Below are positions 44,762-55,136 of a DNA stretch of 64,000 bases, piece by piece. The stretch lies in assembly GCA_963850885.1 (NCBI GenBank), contig CAWKOD010000040.1, positions 9,962 to 73,961 of the forward strand, read 5' to 3'. The DNA is from an uncultured Alphaproteobacteria bacterium (GTDB lineage Bacteria > Pseudomonadota > Alphaproteobacteria > Rhizobiales > Xanthobacteraceae). The notes beneath the pieces were generated by a model. The model did not search any database. It was not told the DNA's origin and worked only from the letters and a program-made list of their open reading frames with translations. The position numbers and the translations under genes were made by a program. Each line of letters starts with the position of its first letter. The first letter of the stretch is position 1.

Positions 44762-44946
44762 GAGTTGCCTCGTGTGAGCAATGCGTTGAGCCTCAAGTAC
44801 GTGACGCGAGAACCCAGTACGCGGCGAGCTTAGCTCGATCGACCGCGCCGTTCGAGGTGTCGTGATCGCCTTCCAGGCCCATCTGAAAGTTGATAGCTTC
44901 GTCACGAGCGTCCGCGCCAGAACGGACCGTTCATCGGGAGGATCGC

Positions 44947-46619
44947 ATGCGCACACGGGTGATCGCTCGGATTGCTGCTTCGGCTTTTGCGGCATGGCTC
45001 GCCGTCTCCGCGGAATCGGCACTGGCGCAAGGCGCGCCGCCGGCGCTCAGCGGCACCGTCGCGTCGGACCGCGAGGGCCCGATGGAAGGCGTGCTGGTCA
45101 GCGCCAAGAAACAGGGCTCGACCATCACGGTCACGGTGGTGAGCGATGCGAAGGGCGCGTACGCCTTTCCCGCGGGCCGGTTGGAGCCGGGCTCTTACAA
45201 ACTCGACATCAGGGCCTCGGGCTACGCGCTCGACGGCGCGGATACGCGTCGAGCTCGCAGCCGGCAAGACCGCGACGGCGGACCTCAAGCTCAAGCCCGC
45301 GCCGGTGCAGTTCGAGCAATTGACCAATGCCGAAATGCTGGTGAGCGCGCCCGGTCCTCACGAGCTGAAGCGCAATCTGCTCAATTGCTCGGACTGCCAT
45401 TCGCTGCACCGGATTTTCGGATCCAAGCACACGCCGCGCCGATTTCCTGAAGGTGTTCGAGCGCATGGGCACCTACTATCCGGGCGCCTCGGACATGCAG
45501 CCGCAGCGGCTCGTCGGCGAGCACCGGCGTCCGGCCGTCAATCCGGCGCTGGCGGACGGCTTCGCCGGCTATCTCGAAGCGCTCAATCTCAGCACCAGCT
45601 CCGACACACCGCTTCGAGTTCACGACCACGCCGCGCGCGACCGGCCGCGCCACCCGCGTCATCATCACCGAATACGATCTGCCGCGGAAAGAGATCCAGC
45701 CCCACGACGTGATCGTCGATCCCGACGGCGGCGTCTGGTTCTCGCATTTCGGCGAGCAGTTCCTCTCCAAGCTCGATCCGGTCACCGGCAAGGTGACGGA
45801 CTATCCGATCCCGGTGCTGAAGCCCGACCACCCAAGGGCACGCTCGACCTCGAAGTCGATCGCCGACGGCAATATCTGGGTCGGCATGATGTACCAGGGC
45901 GGCATGGCGCGCTTCGACCGCAAGACCGAACAGTTCCGCATCTATCCGGTGCCGAAGGAGTGGCAGACCGACGCCACCCAACAGTCGCATTTCTCGGTGG
46001 CGGGGATGAAGGTCGACGGCAAGGTCTGGGTGAAGAACTCCGACCGCTCGCAGGTCATGAAGCTCGACCCCGAGACCGGCCAGTACGAGAACCTCGGCTC
46101 GTTCAAGATTCCGTCGAACGGCCGGCCGATCGGCATCTACGGCATCTACGCCGACCAGCAGAACAACGCCTACATCCTCGAATTCGGCAACGGCGGCATC
46201 GGCAAGATCGACGCCAAGACCGGCGCGATGGCGTTCTATCCGACGCCGACGCCGTTTTCGCGGGCGCGGCGCGGCCGCGTCGATCATGCAGAACCGGCTG
46301 TGGTTCGCCGAGTACGGCTCCAACGGCGTCGGCATGTTCGATCCGAAGACCGAGAAGATCACCGAGTGGAAGAAGCCGCTGGAGTGGGAGTCGCCCTACG
46401 ACGTGGTGGCCGACCGCAACGGCGAGGTCTGGGAGGTCAACGAAGCGTCCGACCGCCTCGGCCGGCTCGATCCCAAGACCGGCGAATGGGTCAACTATCC
46501 GCTGCCGCGCTACTCGCAACTTCCGCCGCGCGTTCGTCGACGACCGGACCTCGCCGGTGAAGGTGTGGGTCGGCAACAATCACGCCGCGATGGTGATGAA
46601 GCTCGAACCGTTGGATTAA
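44947..46619 (+). CDS. Secreted carboxypeptidase-regulatory-like + CxxCH + Vgb-like beta-propeller protein (multiple frameshifts)
   Basis: Signal peptide; GTVASDREGPMEGVLVSA..SDAKGAYAF; NCSDCH (45386-45400); blades PHDVIVDPDGGVWF, DGNIWV, DGKVWV, RLWFAEY, DRNGEVW. Confidence 0.78.
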
Positions 46620-46635
46620 CGCGGCCCTCAGGGCG

Positions 46636-47532
46636 CTATTTGCGGCGGGGCTTTTTGCCGCGCGCCTTCGCGGAGCGCGGTCCCATCGGCTCCGGCTGGA
46701 ACGGTCCGTCGCGCTTGTCGAGATAGGCCTTCATGCCCTGCGTGCGCTGAATCTCGAACAGTTGCTCGCGATACTCGTCGTGCGAGGAATGCACCAGCGC
46801 GCCGAGTGCGCCCTCGACCAGCAGGCCGGCGTGTACACCAGCTGCCTGAATGCCTTGCATGGTGATCGCCTTGTTCAGCCGCAGCGACGGCTCCGGCACC
46901 AGCGCCATGCGTTTCGCCAGCGCGTAAACCTTCTCCATCAACTGGTCGTGCGGCACCACCTCGTTCACCATGCCGATCCGCAGCGCCTCCTGCGCGTCGA
47001 AGTGGTCGCCGGTGAGCGCCCAGCGGTTCGCTGCCTTCCAGCCGCACAGCGCGGCAAACAGGAAGCTCGAATTCGAGATGTGCCGGACCTCCGGCTGCGC
47101 GAAAACCGCCTTGTCCGATGCAATCGTGACGTCGGCGGCGAGCTGATACCAGAAGCCGCCGCCCATCGCCCAGCCGTTGACGGCGGCGATAATCGGCTTG
47201 CCGAGCCGCCACATGTGGGTCCATTTGGCGACGCGGGCGCCGTCGTTGCGGTGCCAGAATTCGATGTATTCGGCGATGGTCTTGCCGGTCGGATCGGCGT
47301 TGCGTTTTTTGGTTTTGCCCGACGTGTTGCTCATGTCGATGCCGGCGCAGAACGCGTTGCCGCTGCCGGTGAGCACGATCACCTTGACAGCGCGGTCGGC
47401 ATCGGCCTCGTCGAAGGCCCGATGCATCTCGGCCTCGAGGTTCGGCGACAGCGCGTTCATCCGCTCCGGCCGGTTGAGAGTGATGGTCGCGATGCGATCT
47501 TTGACGCGATAGATCAGGTCCTTGTACTTCAT
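46636..47532 (-). CDS. Crotonase superfamily protein
   Basis: MKYKDLIY start; ITLNRPERMNA, AFCAGIDM, KPIIAAVNGWAMGGG, FAQPE. Confidence 0.9.
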   Translation of the reverse strand: MKYKDLIYRVKDRIATITLNRPERMNALSPNLEAEMHRAFDEADADRAVKVIVLTGSGNAFCAGIDMSNTSGKTKKRNADPTGKTIAEYIEFWHRNDGARVAKWTHMWRLGKPIIAAVNGWAMGGGFWYQLAADVTIASDKAVFAQPEVRHISNSSFLFAALCGWKAANRWALTGDHFDAQEALRIGMVNEVVPHDQLMEKVYALAKRMALVPEPSLRLNKAITMQGIQAAGVHAGLLVEGALGALVHSSHDEYREQLFEIQRTQGMKAYLDKRDGPFQPEPMGPRSAKARGKKPRRK

Positions 47533-49635
47533 CGGTGTCCCTCGGTTGGCGGGATGTCGCCTGTCTCGACCGCGATGTCGACCGCGACGACGCCTTCGCC
47601 TTCGGCCTTGACGATAATCGGATTGAGATCGAGCGCGCGGAATGTTCCGGAATTTGCCACCGCGAAGTGGCTGAGCCGGACCAAGAATGCTGCCAGCGCC
47701 TCGACGTCGCCGCGAGTCCGGCCGCGCGCGCCGAGCAGGACCGGAGCGGCTTTCAGACGATGGATCATCGCCAGCGCGTCGTCGTGCGACAGCGGCGCCA
47801 TCTCGATGGTGGTGTCCTTCAGTATCTCGACAAAAATTCCGCCGAGCCCGAACACGATCGCTGGCCCGTAGAGCGGATCGTCGATGATGCCGGCATAGGC
47901 TTCGGCCACGCCCGCGATCATCGGCTGAATGAGAACGCCGGCGTCGCGAAAGCCGGCCTTGTGTGCATTGGCGACGACCGCGCGATAGCCGTCCGCCACC
48001 TCGGTCTCGGTCGCGCAATTGAGCCGCACGCAACCGAGATCGCTTTTGTGCAACAGGCCGTCAGCTTCCGCTTTGAGCGCGACCGGCCGGCCGAACTGAC
48101 GGAATGCCGCGACCGCTGCGTCCTCCGACAACGCCAACGTCGCTTCGACGATCGGAATTCCACTGCTCGACCAAGGCTTGCCGCATGCTCAGAAAGTCCC
48201 AGCCGGCCGGCCGCGCACATGCCGCTGCGTCAACTGGAGCAACGGTCCGCGCTGCGAACGCCTGTCGGCGCGGCAAATGCTTGAGCGCGCCGATGCTGCT
48301 GGCGATCCCCATGAGAAACGGAACGCCGGCGGTTTGCAGGCTCGTCACCAGATCGCCGTCCACCGGTCCAAGCGGGCTCACCTGATAGGCGACGATCGTG
48401 CGCCCGGACGATCGCGCCGTGTCCGCAATGGCAGCGGCGATCTTTCGCATCCTGTCGTGCGGCGCGGGCACGGCATTCACCGCCGTTGCGATGATCGGCC
48501 GGCCGGGATCGCTCACCACCGCGTCAAGCAGCCTCGTCATGATGGTCGGATCGTAGAACACCGCGCCGGTCACATCGATGGGATTGGTCACGTCGCCCAA
48601 TTCCGGCAGCGCGGCCCTGATCTTCTTCCGGGTCGTGGCGTGAAGCTCGGCGAGCTTGAGCCCCGCGATGTCGAGATGATCGGCGGCGAGCGCCGCGCCG
48701 CCGCCGCTGCCAGATACCATCACGACGTCATTGCCGGCCGCGCGATCGAGTGGCGCATTGGCGAACAGCGCAATCGTCTCGACGAATTCGTCGTAGCTGT
48801 CGGCCTGGATGATGCCGCAGCGGCGCAGGAACGCCGCCATGATCTCGGAGTTGCCGGCGAGCGCCCCGGTGTGCGAGCGGATCATGGCCTGGCCCGCAGC
48901 GGACCGGCCGACCTGCACGAACACCAGTGTTTTGCCCGCCGCATGTGCGGCGGCGGCCACGCGCTCAAGCTTGCGTGGATTCTTCAGATCCTCGACGATC
49001 GCGGCGATCACACGCACGTCCGGATCGGCGGCGAAATACTCGGCGTAGTCCTCGATGGTTGCGCCGGCCTGATTGCCGCACGAGACGAAGTAGGAAAATC
49101 CCAGCTTGCGATCTCGCATCAGCGGACCGAACACGAAATTGCCGAGGCTGCCGCTTTGCGACACCAGCGCGACTGGGCCTGGGTGCAGCGTCTTGGGTAC
49201 CACGCCGTTGAACGCGACCGCGCCGGTCTTGACGTTGACGAGGCCGAAGCAGTTCGGGCCGCAGATGCACATGCCCTGTTGCGCCAAGGCCTTCAAGCGC
49301 GCGCCGAGAGGCCCGTCCGAGCCGCCGTCATCGAAGCCCGCCGCCAGCACGATCGCGGCGCGAATGCCCCGCGCGAATGCCTGCTCCATGACGTCGCAGG
49401 CTGCGCGTGCCGGGATCGCAATGACGATGCAATCGACCGATTCGGGAAGCTTGCTCACGGACGGGTAGCAAGGAAAGCCCAGCACATCCGTGTAACGCGG
49501 GTTCACCGCGAAGACTTCGCCCTTGAATCCGGCGTCGCGGAGATTCGCGACCACGCTGGTGCCACGGCCGGGCTGCTGCGATGCGCCGACGACGGCGATA
49601 GCCTTGGGATTGAGCAGCGCCTCCATCGATTGCAT
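47529..49635 (-). CDS. Acyl-CoA synthetase, ADP-forming (ACD family, fused alpha-beta), frameshift near 48160
   Basis: IAVVGAS, GPNCFG, VSQSG, SHTGALAG (phospho-His), NPIDVT, HKSDLG, FGLGGIFVE, LDLNP. Confidence 0.9.
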
Positions 49636-49698
49636 TGAATCTCATATCCCGGCGGCGTTTATTGTATGCGATGTATAGAGCCTGATCGGGAGCACGAT

Positions 49699-50682
49699 GT
49701 GAAGTCGTATGGCCGGACGCGGACCGTGAGCACCCGGGGATTTTGTGCGGCGCTCGCGCTCGGAATGTCGCTAACGCCCGGCCTGGCGCAGGACTTTCCA
49801 TCGCGGCCGGTGACCATCGTTATTCCGTTTACCGCCGGCGGGCCGGCCGACACCGCGGCGCGGACCATCTCGGAGATGTTGCGGCACCATCTCGGCCAGC
49901 CGCTGATCGCCGAGAACCGTCCGGCCGCCAGCGGCGTTCCCGGCACCGAGGCGGTGGCTCTCGGCGAGGCCGATGGCTACACGCTGCTGCTCGGCGGCAT
50001 CGCCGCCCTCGTGCTGGTGCCGCCGGTCCAGAAGGTTCGCTACGACGTCGCGAAGGATTTCGCTCCGCTTGGGCTGATCTGGCGTTCGCCACAGGTGTTC
50101 GCGGTCTCGACCAAGCTCGGCGTGAACACGGTTGCCGAATTCGTGACCCACGCCAAGGCCAATCCCGGCAAGGTCACCATCGGGTCGGCCGGTATCGGCA
50201 CGGTGACGCATCTCGCGGGCGAACTGCTCAAGCGGGAAAGCGGCATCGAGCTGGTGCATGTGCCCTATCGCAGCACAGCCAATTCGCTGACCGATCTGGT
50301 CGGCGGCCACATCGATGCGATCTTCGGCGACGTCGCGATTCTGCAGCCGCATGTGCAGAGCGGCGCCATCCGCGCGCTCGCCATCACGTCGCCCGAACGT
50401 TCGTCGCTGCTTCCGGATCTCGCCACCATGGCAGAGGTTGGCTTTCCGCGCGTCCGGACCGAGGTCTGGTATGGTTTGCTCGCGTCGGCACGAACGCCGG
50501 CCCCGGTGCTCGGAAAGCTGAAGGCGGCGGTCGCCGCCGCCCAGGCCGATCCGGCGTTTCGCGAGAGCTTGAGCAAGTTCGGCATCAGCCCGGCGCCGCC
50601 GGGGTCGGACAGCTTCGCCAGGTTCATCCGCGATGAAGCCGAGCGGTGGACGCCGATCGTGACATCGATCAAGCTGAACTAG
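49699..50682 (+). CDS. Bug/TctC receptor
   Basis: FPSRPVTIVIPFTAGGPAD, ENRP, DGYTLL, HVPYRS; start codon uncertain. Confidence 0.88.
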   Translation: MKSYGRTRTVSTRGFCAALALGMSLTPGLAQDFPSRPVTIVIPFTAGGPADTAARTISEMLRHHLGQPLIAENRPAASGVPGTEAVALGEADGYTLLLGGIAALVLVPPVQKVRYDVAKDFAPLGLIWRSPQVFAVSTKLGVNTVAEFVTHAKANPGKVTIGSAGIGTVTHLAGELLKRESGIELVHVPYRSTANSLTDLVGGHIDAIFGDVAILQPHVQSGAIRALAITSPERSSLLPDLATMAEVGFPRVRTEVWYGLLASARTPAPVLGKLKAAVAAAQADPAFRESLSKFGISPAPPGSDSFARFIRDEAERWTPIVTSIKLN

Positions 50683-50815
50683 AACGGTATTCCAGCCGCC
50701 CTTGCCGGCCAGCCATGCTGGTTAAGCCCTTGGCCACCCTTGACTTCGGGCGGCGCGATTTGGCGGTTAGGAACGAGAAAACGGCGGCCACGAAAGGCCG
50801 CGCAGGAGGACTGAC

Positions 50816-52303
50816 GTGGCAAAGTACGATGTGGTGGTGGTCGGTGCCGGCAACGCGGCGTTCTGCGCGGCGCAAGCGGCGGCGGAGAAAGGCGCCAAGG
50901 TGCTCATGGTCGAGCGCGCGCCGAAGGAACTGATGGGCGGCAACTCTCGCTTCACCGCCGGCGCCTTCCGCTGCGTCTATGACGGCGTCGACGACCTCAA
51001 GGCGATCATGCCGGACCTCACCAAGGACGAGATCGACCGCTCCGACTTCGGCACCTACACCCAGGACCAGTTCTACGACGACATGTTCCGCGTCACCCAG
51101 TACCGTACCGACGGCGAATTGTGCGACCGGCTGGTCGGCCGCTCGCGCGACGCGATGCGCTGGCTGCACGACAAGGGCATGAAATTCGATCCGATCTGGG
51201 GCCGCCAGGCCTATCTGATCGACGGCAAGTTCAAGTTCTGGGGCGGCCTCACGGTGGAATCCAAGGGCGGCGGGCCGGGGCTGATCGACCAGCACCTCAA
51301 GCTCGCCGACAAGAACGGCATCGAGGTCCGCTACAACACGCGCGGCATCTCGCTGGTCTATGACGGCAAAGTCGTCTCCGGCCTCAAGGTGAAGTCCAAC
51401 GGCAACTTCGAGGACATCCCGTGCAAGTCCGTGGTCATCGCCTGCGGCGGCTTCGAATCCAACGCCGAGATGCGCACGCGCTATCTCGGGCCGGGCTGGG
51501 AGCTCGCCAAGGTCCGCGGCACGCCCTACAACACCGGCGACGGCATCAACATGGCGCTCGCCATCGGCGCGTCGAGCTTCGGCAACTGGTCGGGCTCGCA
51601 CGCGGTGCAGTGGGACTACAACGCGCCGGAGTTCGGCGACCTCTCGGTCGGCGACAACTTCCAGAAGCATTCGTATCCCTGGGGCATCCTGATCAACGCC
51701 ACCGGGCGGCGCTTCGTCGACGAGGGCGCCGATTTCCGCAACTACACCTATGCCAAGTACGGCGCGATCGTGCTGCGCCAGCCCAACAACTTCGCCTGGC
51801 AGGTGTTCGACGGCAAGATCGTGCCGATGCTGCGCGACGAGTACCGCATCAAGCGCGTGTCGAAGGTGTCGGCCAACACCATCGAGGAGTTCGCCCACAA
51901 GCTTGAGGGCGTCGATCCGGTGGCGTTCCTCGACGAGATCAAGAAGTACAACGCGGCGGTGAAGCAGGGCGTCAAGTTCAACCCCAACATCAAGGACGGC
52001 CGCTGCACCGTCGGTCTCGACGTCAACAAGTCGAACTGGGCCAACACCATCGACCAGGCGCCGTTCGAGGCCTATCAGGTCGGCTGCGGCGTGAGCTTCA
52101 CCTTCGGCGGCGTGCGGATCGATCCGGACTCCGGCCAGGTGATCGATTCCGACATGAACCCGATCCCCGGCCTCTACGCGGCGGGCGAACTGGTCGGCGG
52201 CATCTTCTACTTCAACTATCCCGGCGGCTCCGGACTGATGTCCGGCGCCGTGTTCGGCCGCATCGCCGGCACCGGCGCGGCCGTCACGATGCGGAATGCG
52301 TGA
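50816..52303 (+). CDS. tcuA: FAD-dependent oxidoreductase, TcuA/CobZ (tricarballylate dehydrogenase)-like
   Basis: VVGAGNAA, GGNSRFTAG, ACGGFE, DEGADFRNYTYAKYG, FYFNYPGGSGLMSGAVFGR; AGGAGG RBS, GTG start. Confidence 0.8.
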   Translation: MAKYDVVVVGAGNAAFCAAQAAAEKGAKVLMVERAPKELMGGNSRFTAGAFRCVYDGVDDLKAIMPDLTKDEIDRSDFGTYTQDQFYDDMFRVTQYRTDGELCDRLVGRSRDAMRWLHDKGMKFDPIWGRQAYLIDGKFKFWGGLTVESKGGGPGLIDQHLKLADKNGIEVRYNTRGISLVYDGKVVSGLKVKSNGNFEDIPCKSVVIACGGFESNAEMRTRYLGPGWELAKVRGTPYNTGDGINMALAIGASSFGNWSGSHAVQWDYNAPEFGDLSVGDNFQKHSYPWGILINATGRRFVDEGADFRNYTYAKYGAIVLRQPNNFAWQVFDGKIVPMLRDEYRIKRVSKVSANTIEEFAHKLEGVDPVAFLDEIKKYNAAVKQGVKFNPNIKDGRCTVGLDVNKSNWANTIDQAPFEAYQVGCGVSFTFGGVRIDPDSGQVIDSDMNPIPGLYAAGELVGGIFYFNYPGGSGLMSGAVFGRIAGTGAAVTMRNA

Positions 52304-52396
52304 GTTGCGATTCATATCGTCTGTCGCGCCGCGAAAGACGGTGCGTCCGCTCCGTTGGAGGAGAGGCGTCTCCATCAGCTATAAGGCTCGCGCGCC

Positions 52397-53290
52397 ATGA
52401 AACTGAAGAAACACAATCGCTACGCCTATTCGCCGATCACCGAGCGGCAGGACTTCACGTGGCCGGACGGTAAGCGCCTTGCCTTCTATTGCGCGCTCAA
52501 TGTCGAGCATTTCAGTTTTGGCGAAGGCCTCGGCCATACACCGACGGCGCCCGGCCCTCAGCCCGATGTTCGCAATTTCGGCTGGCGCGACTACGGTCTG
52601 CGCGTCGGCATCTGGCGCGTTTTCGATATGATGGACGAATTGAAGTTGCCGATGTGCCATCTGCTCAATGCGTCGGTCTGTGAAGAGATGCCGCAGATTG
52701 CCGCGCGCATTCGCCAGCGTGGCGACGAAGTCATCGGCCACGGCTATACGAACTCTGAGCGCCAATCCGACATGGATGAAGCGACCGAGGCCGCAATGAT
52801 CGTGCACGCGACCAAGACGGTGGCCGAGAGTTGCGGGCGACGTCCCTATGGTTGGATGGGCCCGTGGATTTCGGAGACGGCCGTCACTCCCGACCTGCTG
52901 CAGGAGAACGGCTATACTTTCCTGATGGACTGGCCGGCTGACGATCAGCCGTTCTGGATGAAAACGCGCGCGGGCCGCATCATGTCGGTGCCTTACCCGA
53001 TCGAGATCAACGATACGCCAACGATGCTCAGCCGCGCCCAGCCCGCGACTGACTTTCATCGCATGATCCTCGATCAGTTTGAGGAAATGCTGCGGCTTTC
53101 GCAGAAACAGTCCCTCGTGTTCGGCATCTCGATGCACACGTTCTGCACGGGTCAGCCGTTCCGGCTCGCGCAGGTGCGGCAAGCCCTGCAAACACTCATG
53201 AAACATCCGGGATTCGACAAGGTGTGGGTAACGACGCCCGGCGGAATCGCCGAGTACGCGGCTAAGCTGCCGACGGCCTGCGTGCCATAG
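52397..53290 (+). CDS. Polysaccharide deacetylase family protein, PuuE-like (copy 3, more distant)
   Basis: WPDGKRLA, NVEHF, WRDYGLRVGIWR, GHGYTN, DDQPFW, PYPIEIND. Confidence 0.85.
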   Translation: MKLKKHNRYAYSPITERQDFTWPDGKRLAFYCALNVEHFSFGEGLGHTPTAPGPQPDVRNFGWRDYGLRVGIWRVFDMMDELKLPMCHLLNASVCEEMPQIAARIRQRGDEVIGHGYTNSERQSDMDEATEAAMIVHATKTVAESCGRRPYGWMGPWISETAVTPDLLQENGYTFLMDWPADDQPFWMKTRAGRIMSVPYPIEINDTPTMLSRAQPATDFHRMILDQFEEMLRLSQKQSLVFGISMHTFCTGQPFRLAQVRQALQTLMKHPGFDKVWVTTPGGIAEYAAKLPTACVP

Positions 53291-53304
53291 CTGGAGTTCG
53301 CGCG

Positions 53305-53583
53305 TCAGCTCTTCGCTGCTGCCGGGCGGCGCTTCAACTCTTCGACAATGTAGCCGCCGCTCTGCGCGGTCTCGACCACATGGCCGGAGCGCCTGATCAG
53401 GAATTCGGCGATGCGCACGGCGATCGGCCAGGCGATCCCGAATGCTGCCATGAACAGGATCAGGAACGTCATCAGGCCCAGCGTCGGCCATTCGTAATCG
53501 ACCAGCCGGCTGATCAGAAAACCAAGGAACTGCACCGAGATGGTGGTCAGCGCGTAAACGATCATCAGCGTGAGCGCCTGCAT
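53305..53583 (-). CDS. Small membrane protein (two TM helices)
   Basis: MQALTLMIVYAL..FLISRLV..GLMTFLILFMAAFGIAWPIAVRI, 92 aa. Confidence 0.65.
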   Translation of the reverse strand: MQALTLMIVYALTTISVQFLGFLISRLVDYEWPTLGLMTFLILFMAAFGIAWPIAVRIAEFLIRRSGHVVETAQSGGYIVEELKRRPAAAKS

Positions 53584-53681
53584 GGCTCTTACTCCGCTGC
53601 GTGAGCGCAGCTGCGACCATCGGGCACACGTTGCGCCTCGAAAGTCCAGAAATTTCGCGAAAACCGCTGCCTTATTTGGCG

Positions 53682-53923
53682 TCAGCGCGTGCCGCCGGAG
53701 CCGGTGGTCTCGGCCGGCGCTGCCGTGGTGACCGGCGGTTTTGGCGCTGCCGCCGTCCGCGTCGGGTTGGTGTCCTTGGCGTAGATGAACGCCGAGGCGA
53801 TGCCGGCGACGAAGAACGCGAAGATGCCCGCCATCACCACCGCCGAGCGTGAACGTGGAGGCTTCGTGCCGCACGGCCTGGCGGCAGTCGCTGGATTTCT
53901 CGGTGGTGGGAGAGGTTCGACAT
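53682..53923 (-). CDS. Small single-pass membrane protein with Pro/Thr tail (frameshifted)
   Basis: AAGGAGG RBS + ATG 53923; VMAGIFAFFVAGIASAFIY TM; tail ..PAETTGSGGTR-stop. Confidence 0.5.
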
Positions 53924-53961
53924 GACTCCCTCCTTAATTGCTGTGCGTGCCCCATCCGGAA

Positions 53962-53986
53962 AACGCGCCGAAGCGGAACCCGTTCC
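53962..53986 (-). promoter_or_regulatory. EcfG/SigT (general stress ECF sigma) promoter
   Basis: Minus strand GGAAC-N16-CGTT exact, about 40 bp upstream of ATG 53923. Confidence 0.7.
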
Positions 53987-54038
53987 GGCGATTCATTCTA
54001 AGAATATAGTCATAGACCGCGTCGCGATTGGCGGGCCC

Positions 54039-54065
54039 GGAACACCTCTCGCGCCGCCGGACGTT
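54039..54065 (+). promoter_or_regulatory. Possible EcfG-type promoter for the PRC-barrel gene
   Basis: GGAAC-N18-CGTT; spacer one base longer than the usual 16-17, possibly an indel error. Confidence 0.45.
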
Positions 54066-54104
54066 TCCTTCCCGAGAAAGCATCCACTGAGGAAGGACGT
54101 CACC

Positions 54105-54509
54105 ATGAGCATGACCATGAACAGCGGCAACGCCATGTCGACCCCGCTGGCGCACGGCCGCCACGACCTGATCGGCAGCGACCGCGTCGAAGGCACCAAC
54201 GTCTATCGCTCCGACGGCAAGAAGATCGGCGAGATCGAGCGCGTGATGATCGACAAGATCAGCGGCCAGGTGGCCTACGCCGTGATGGGCTTCGGCGGCT
54301 TCCTCGGCATGGGCGAGGACCATTATCCGATCCCGTGGCAGCGGCTGACCTACAACGAGAAGCTCGGCGGCTACGAGGTCAACCTCACCGACGCGCAGCT
54401 CAAGAACGCGCCGCACTACGCCACCGGCGAGGAATGGAAATGGGATCCGGCGCGCGGCCGCGACATCTACGACTATTACGGCGTCGCGCCGTATTGGCCG
54501 ATGATGTGA
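54105..54509 (+). CDS. PRC-barrel domain protein
   Basis: LIGSDRVEGTNVY..GKKIGEIERVMIDKISGQVAYAVMGFGGFLGMGE..PIPW. Confidence 0.9.
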   Translation: MSMTMNSGNAMSTPLAHGRHDLIGSDRVEGTNVYRSDGKKIGEIERVMIDKISGQVAYAVMGFGGFLGMGEDHYPIPWQRLTYNEKLGGYEVNLTDAQLKNAPHYATGEEWKWDPARGRDIYDYYGVAPYWPMM

Positions 54510-54563
54510 GCATTCGGCATAAATCGGGTGGCATTGCCGGACATGCGGACTTAACTTCCGCGC

Positions 54564-55135
54564 ATGAACGCGCAGGCCACCCATCATCATCTGTTCGACA
54601 CCGCGATCGGCGAATGCGGCGTCGCGTGGAATTCGCGCGGCCTGGTCGGCGTGCAATTGCCGGAGAAGGATCGCGGCCAGACCGAGCTCCGCCTCGCCGT
54701 CAAATGCCACAGCACCGGCGCGGCACGACGTCCCGCCCTGGATTCAGTCGGTCATCTCCGACATCCAGCGCTATCTGGCCGGCCAGCCGGTCGATTTTTC
54801 CGCGATCGACGGTCGATCTCGGCGGCATCGACGACTTCCGCCAGAAACTCTACGCGGCGCTGCGCGGCATCGGCTTTGGCCGCACCGTGACCTACGGCGA
54901 ACTGGCCAAGCAGATCGGCCTGACCGGCTGGGAGGGCGCCCGCGACGTCGGCGAGGCGATGGGGAAGAATCCCGTGCCGATCGTGATCCCGTGCCACCGC
55001 GTGCTCGCCGCCGGCAACAAGCCCGGCGGCTTCTCGGCCTACGGCGGCGTCACCACCAAGCAGAAATTGCTGGCGCTGGAAGGCGTCCGCTTGGGCGAAG
55101 CGCCCGACGCCCCGCCGCGCCTGCCGGGATTGTGA
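54564..55135 (+). CDS. ogt: Methylated-DNA--protein-cysteine methyltransferase (frameshifted)
   Basis: FDTAIGECG, GRTVTYGELA, ARDVG, NPVPIVIPCHRV, KQKLLALEG. Confidence 0.88.
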
Positions 55136-55136
55136 G

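Noticed and set aside
44947-46619. Streptogramin resistance gene (vgb)
   Set aside because: Only the propeller repeat is shared; the signal peptide, extra domain and CxxCH point to a different function.
50739-50752. Identical 14-mer CTTGACTTCGGGCG upstream of tcuA-like and imuA (61614-61627)
   Set aside because: Largely a shared -35 hexamer; no LexA box at the first site, so chance is the simpler explanation.
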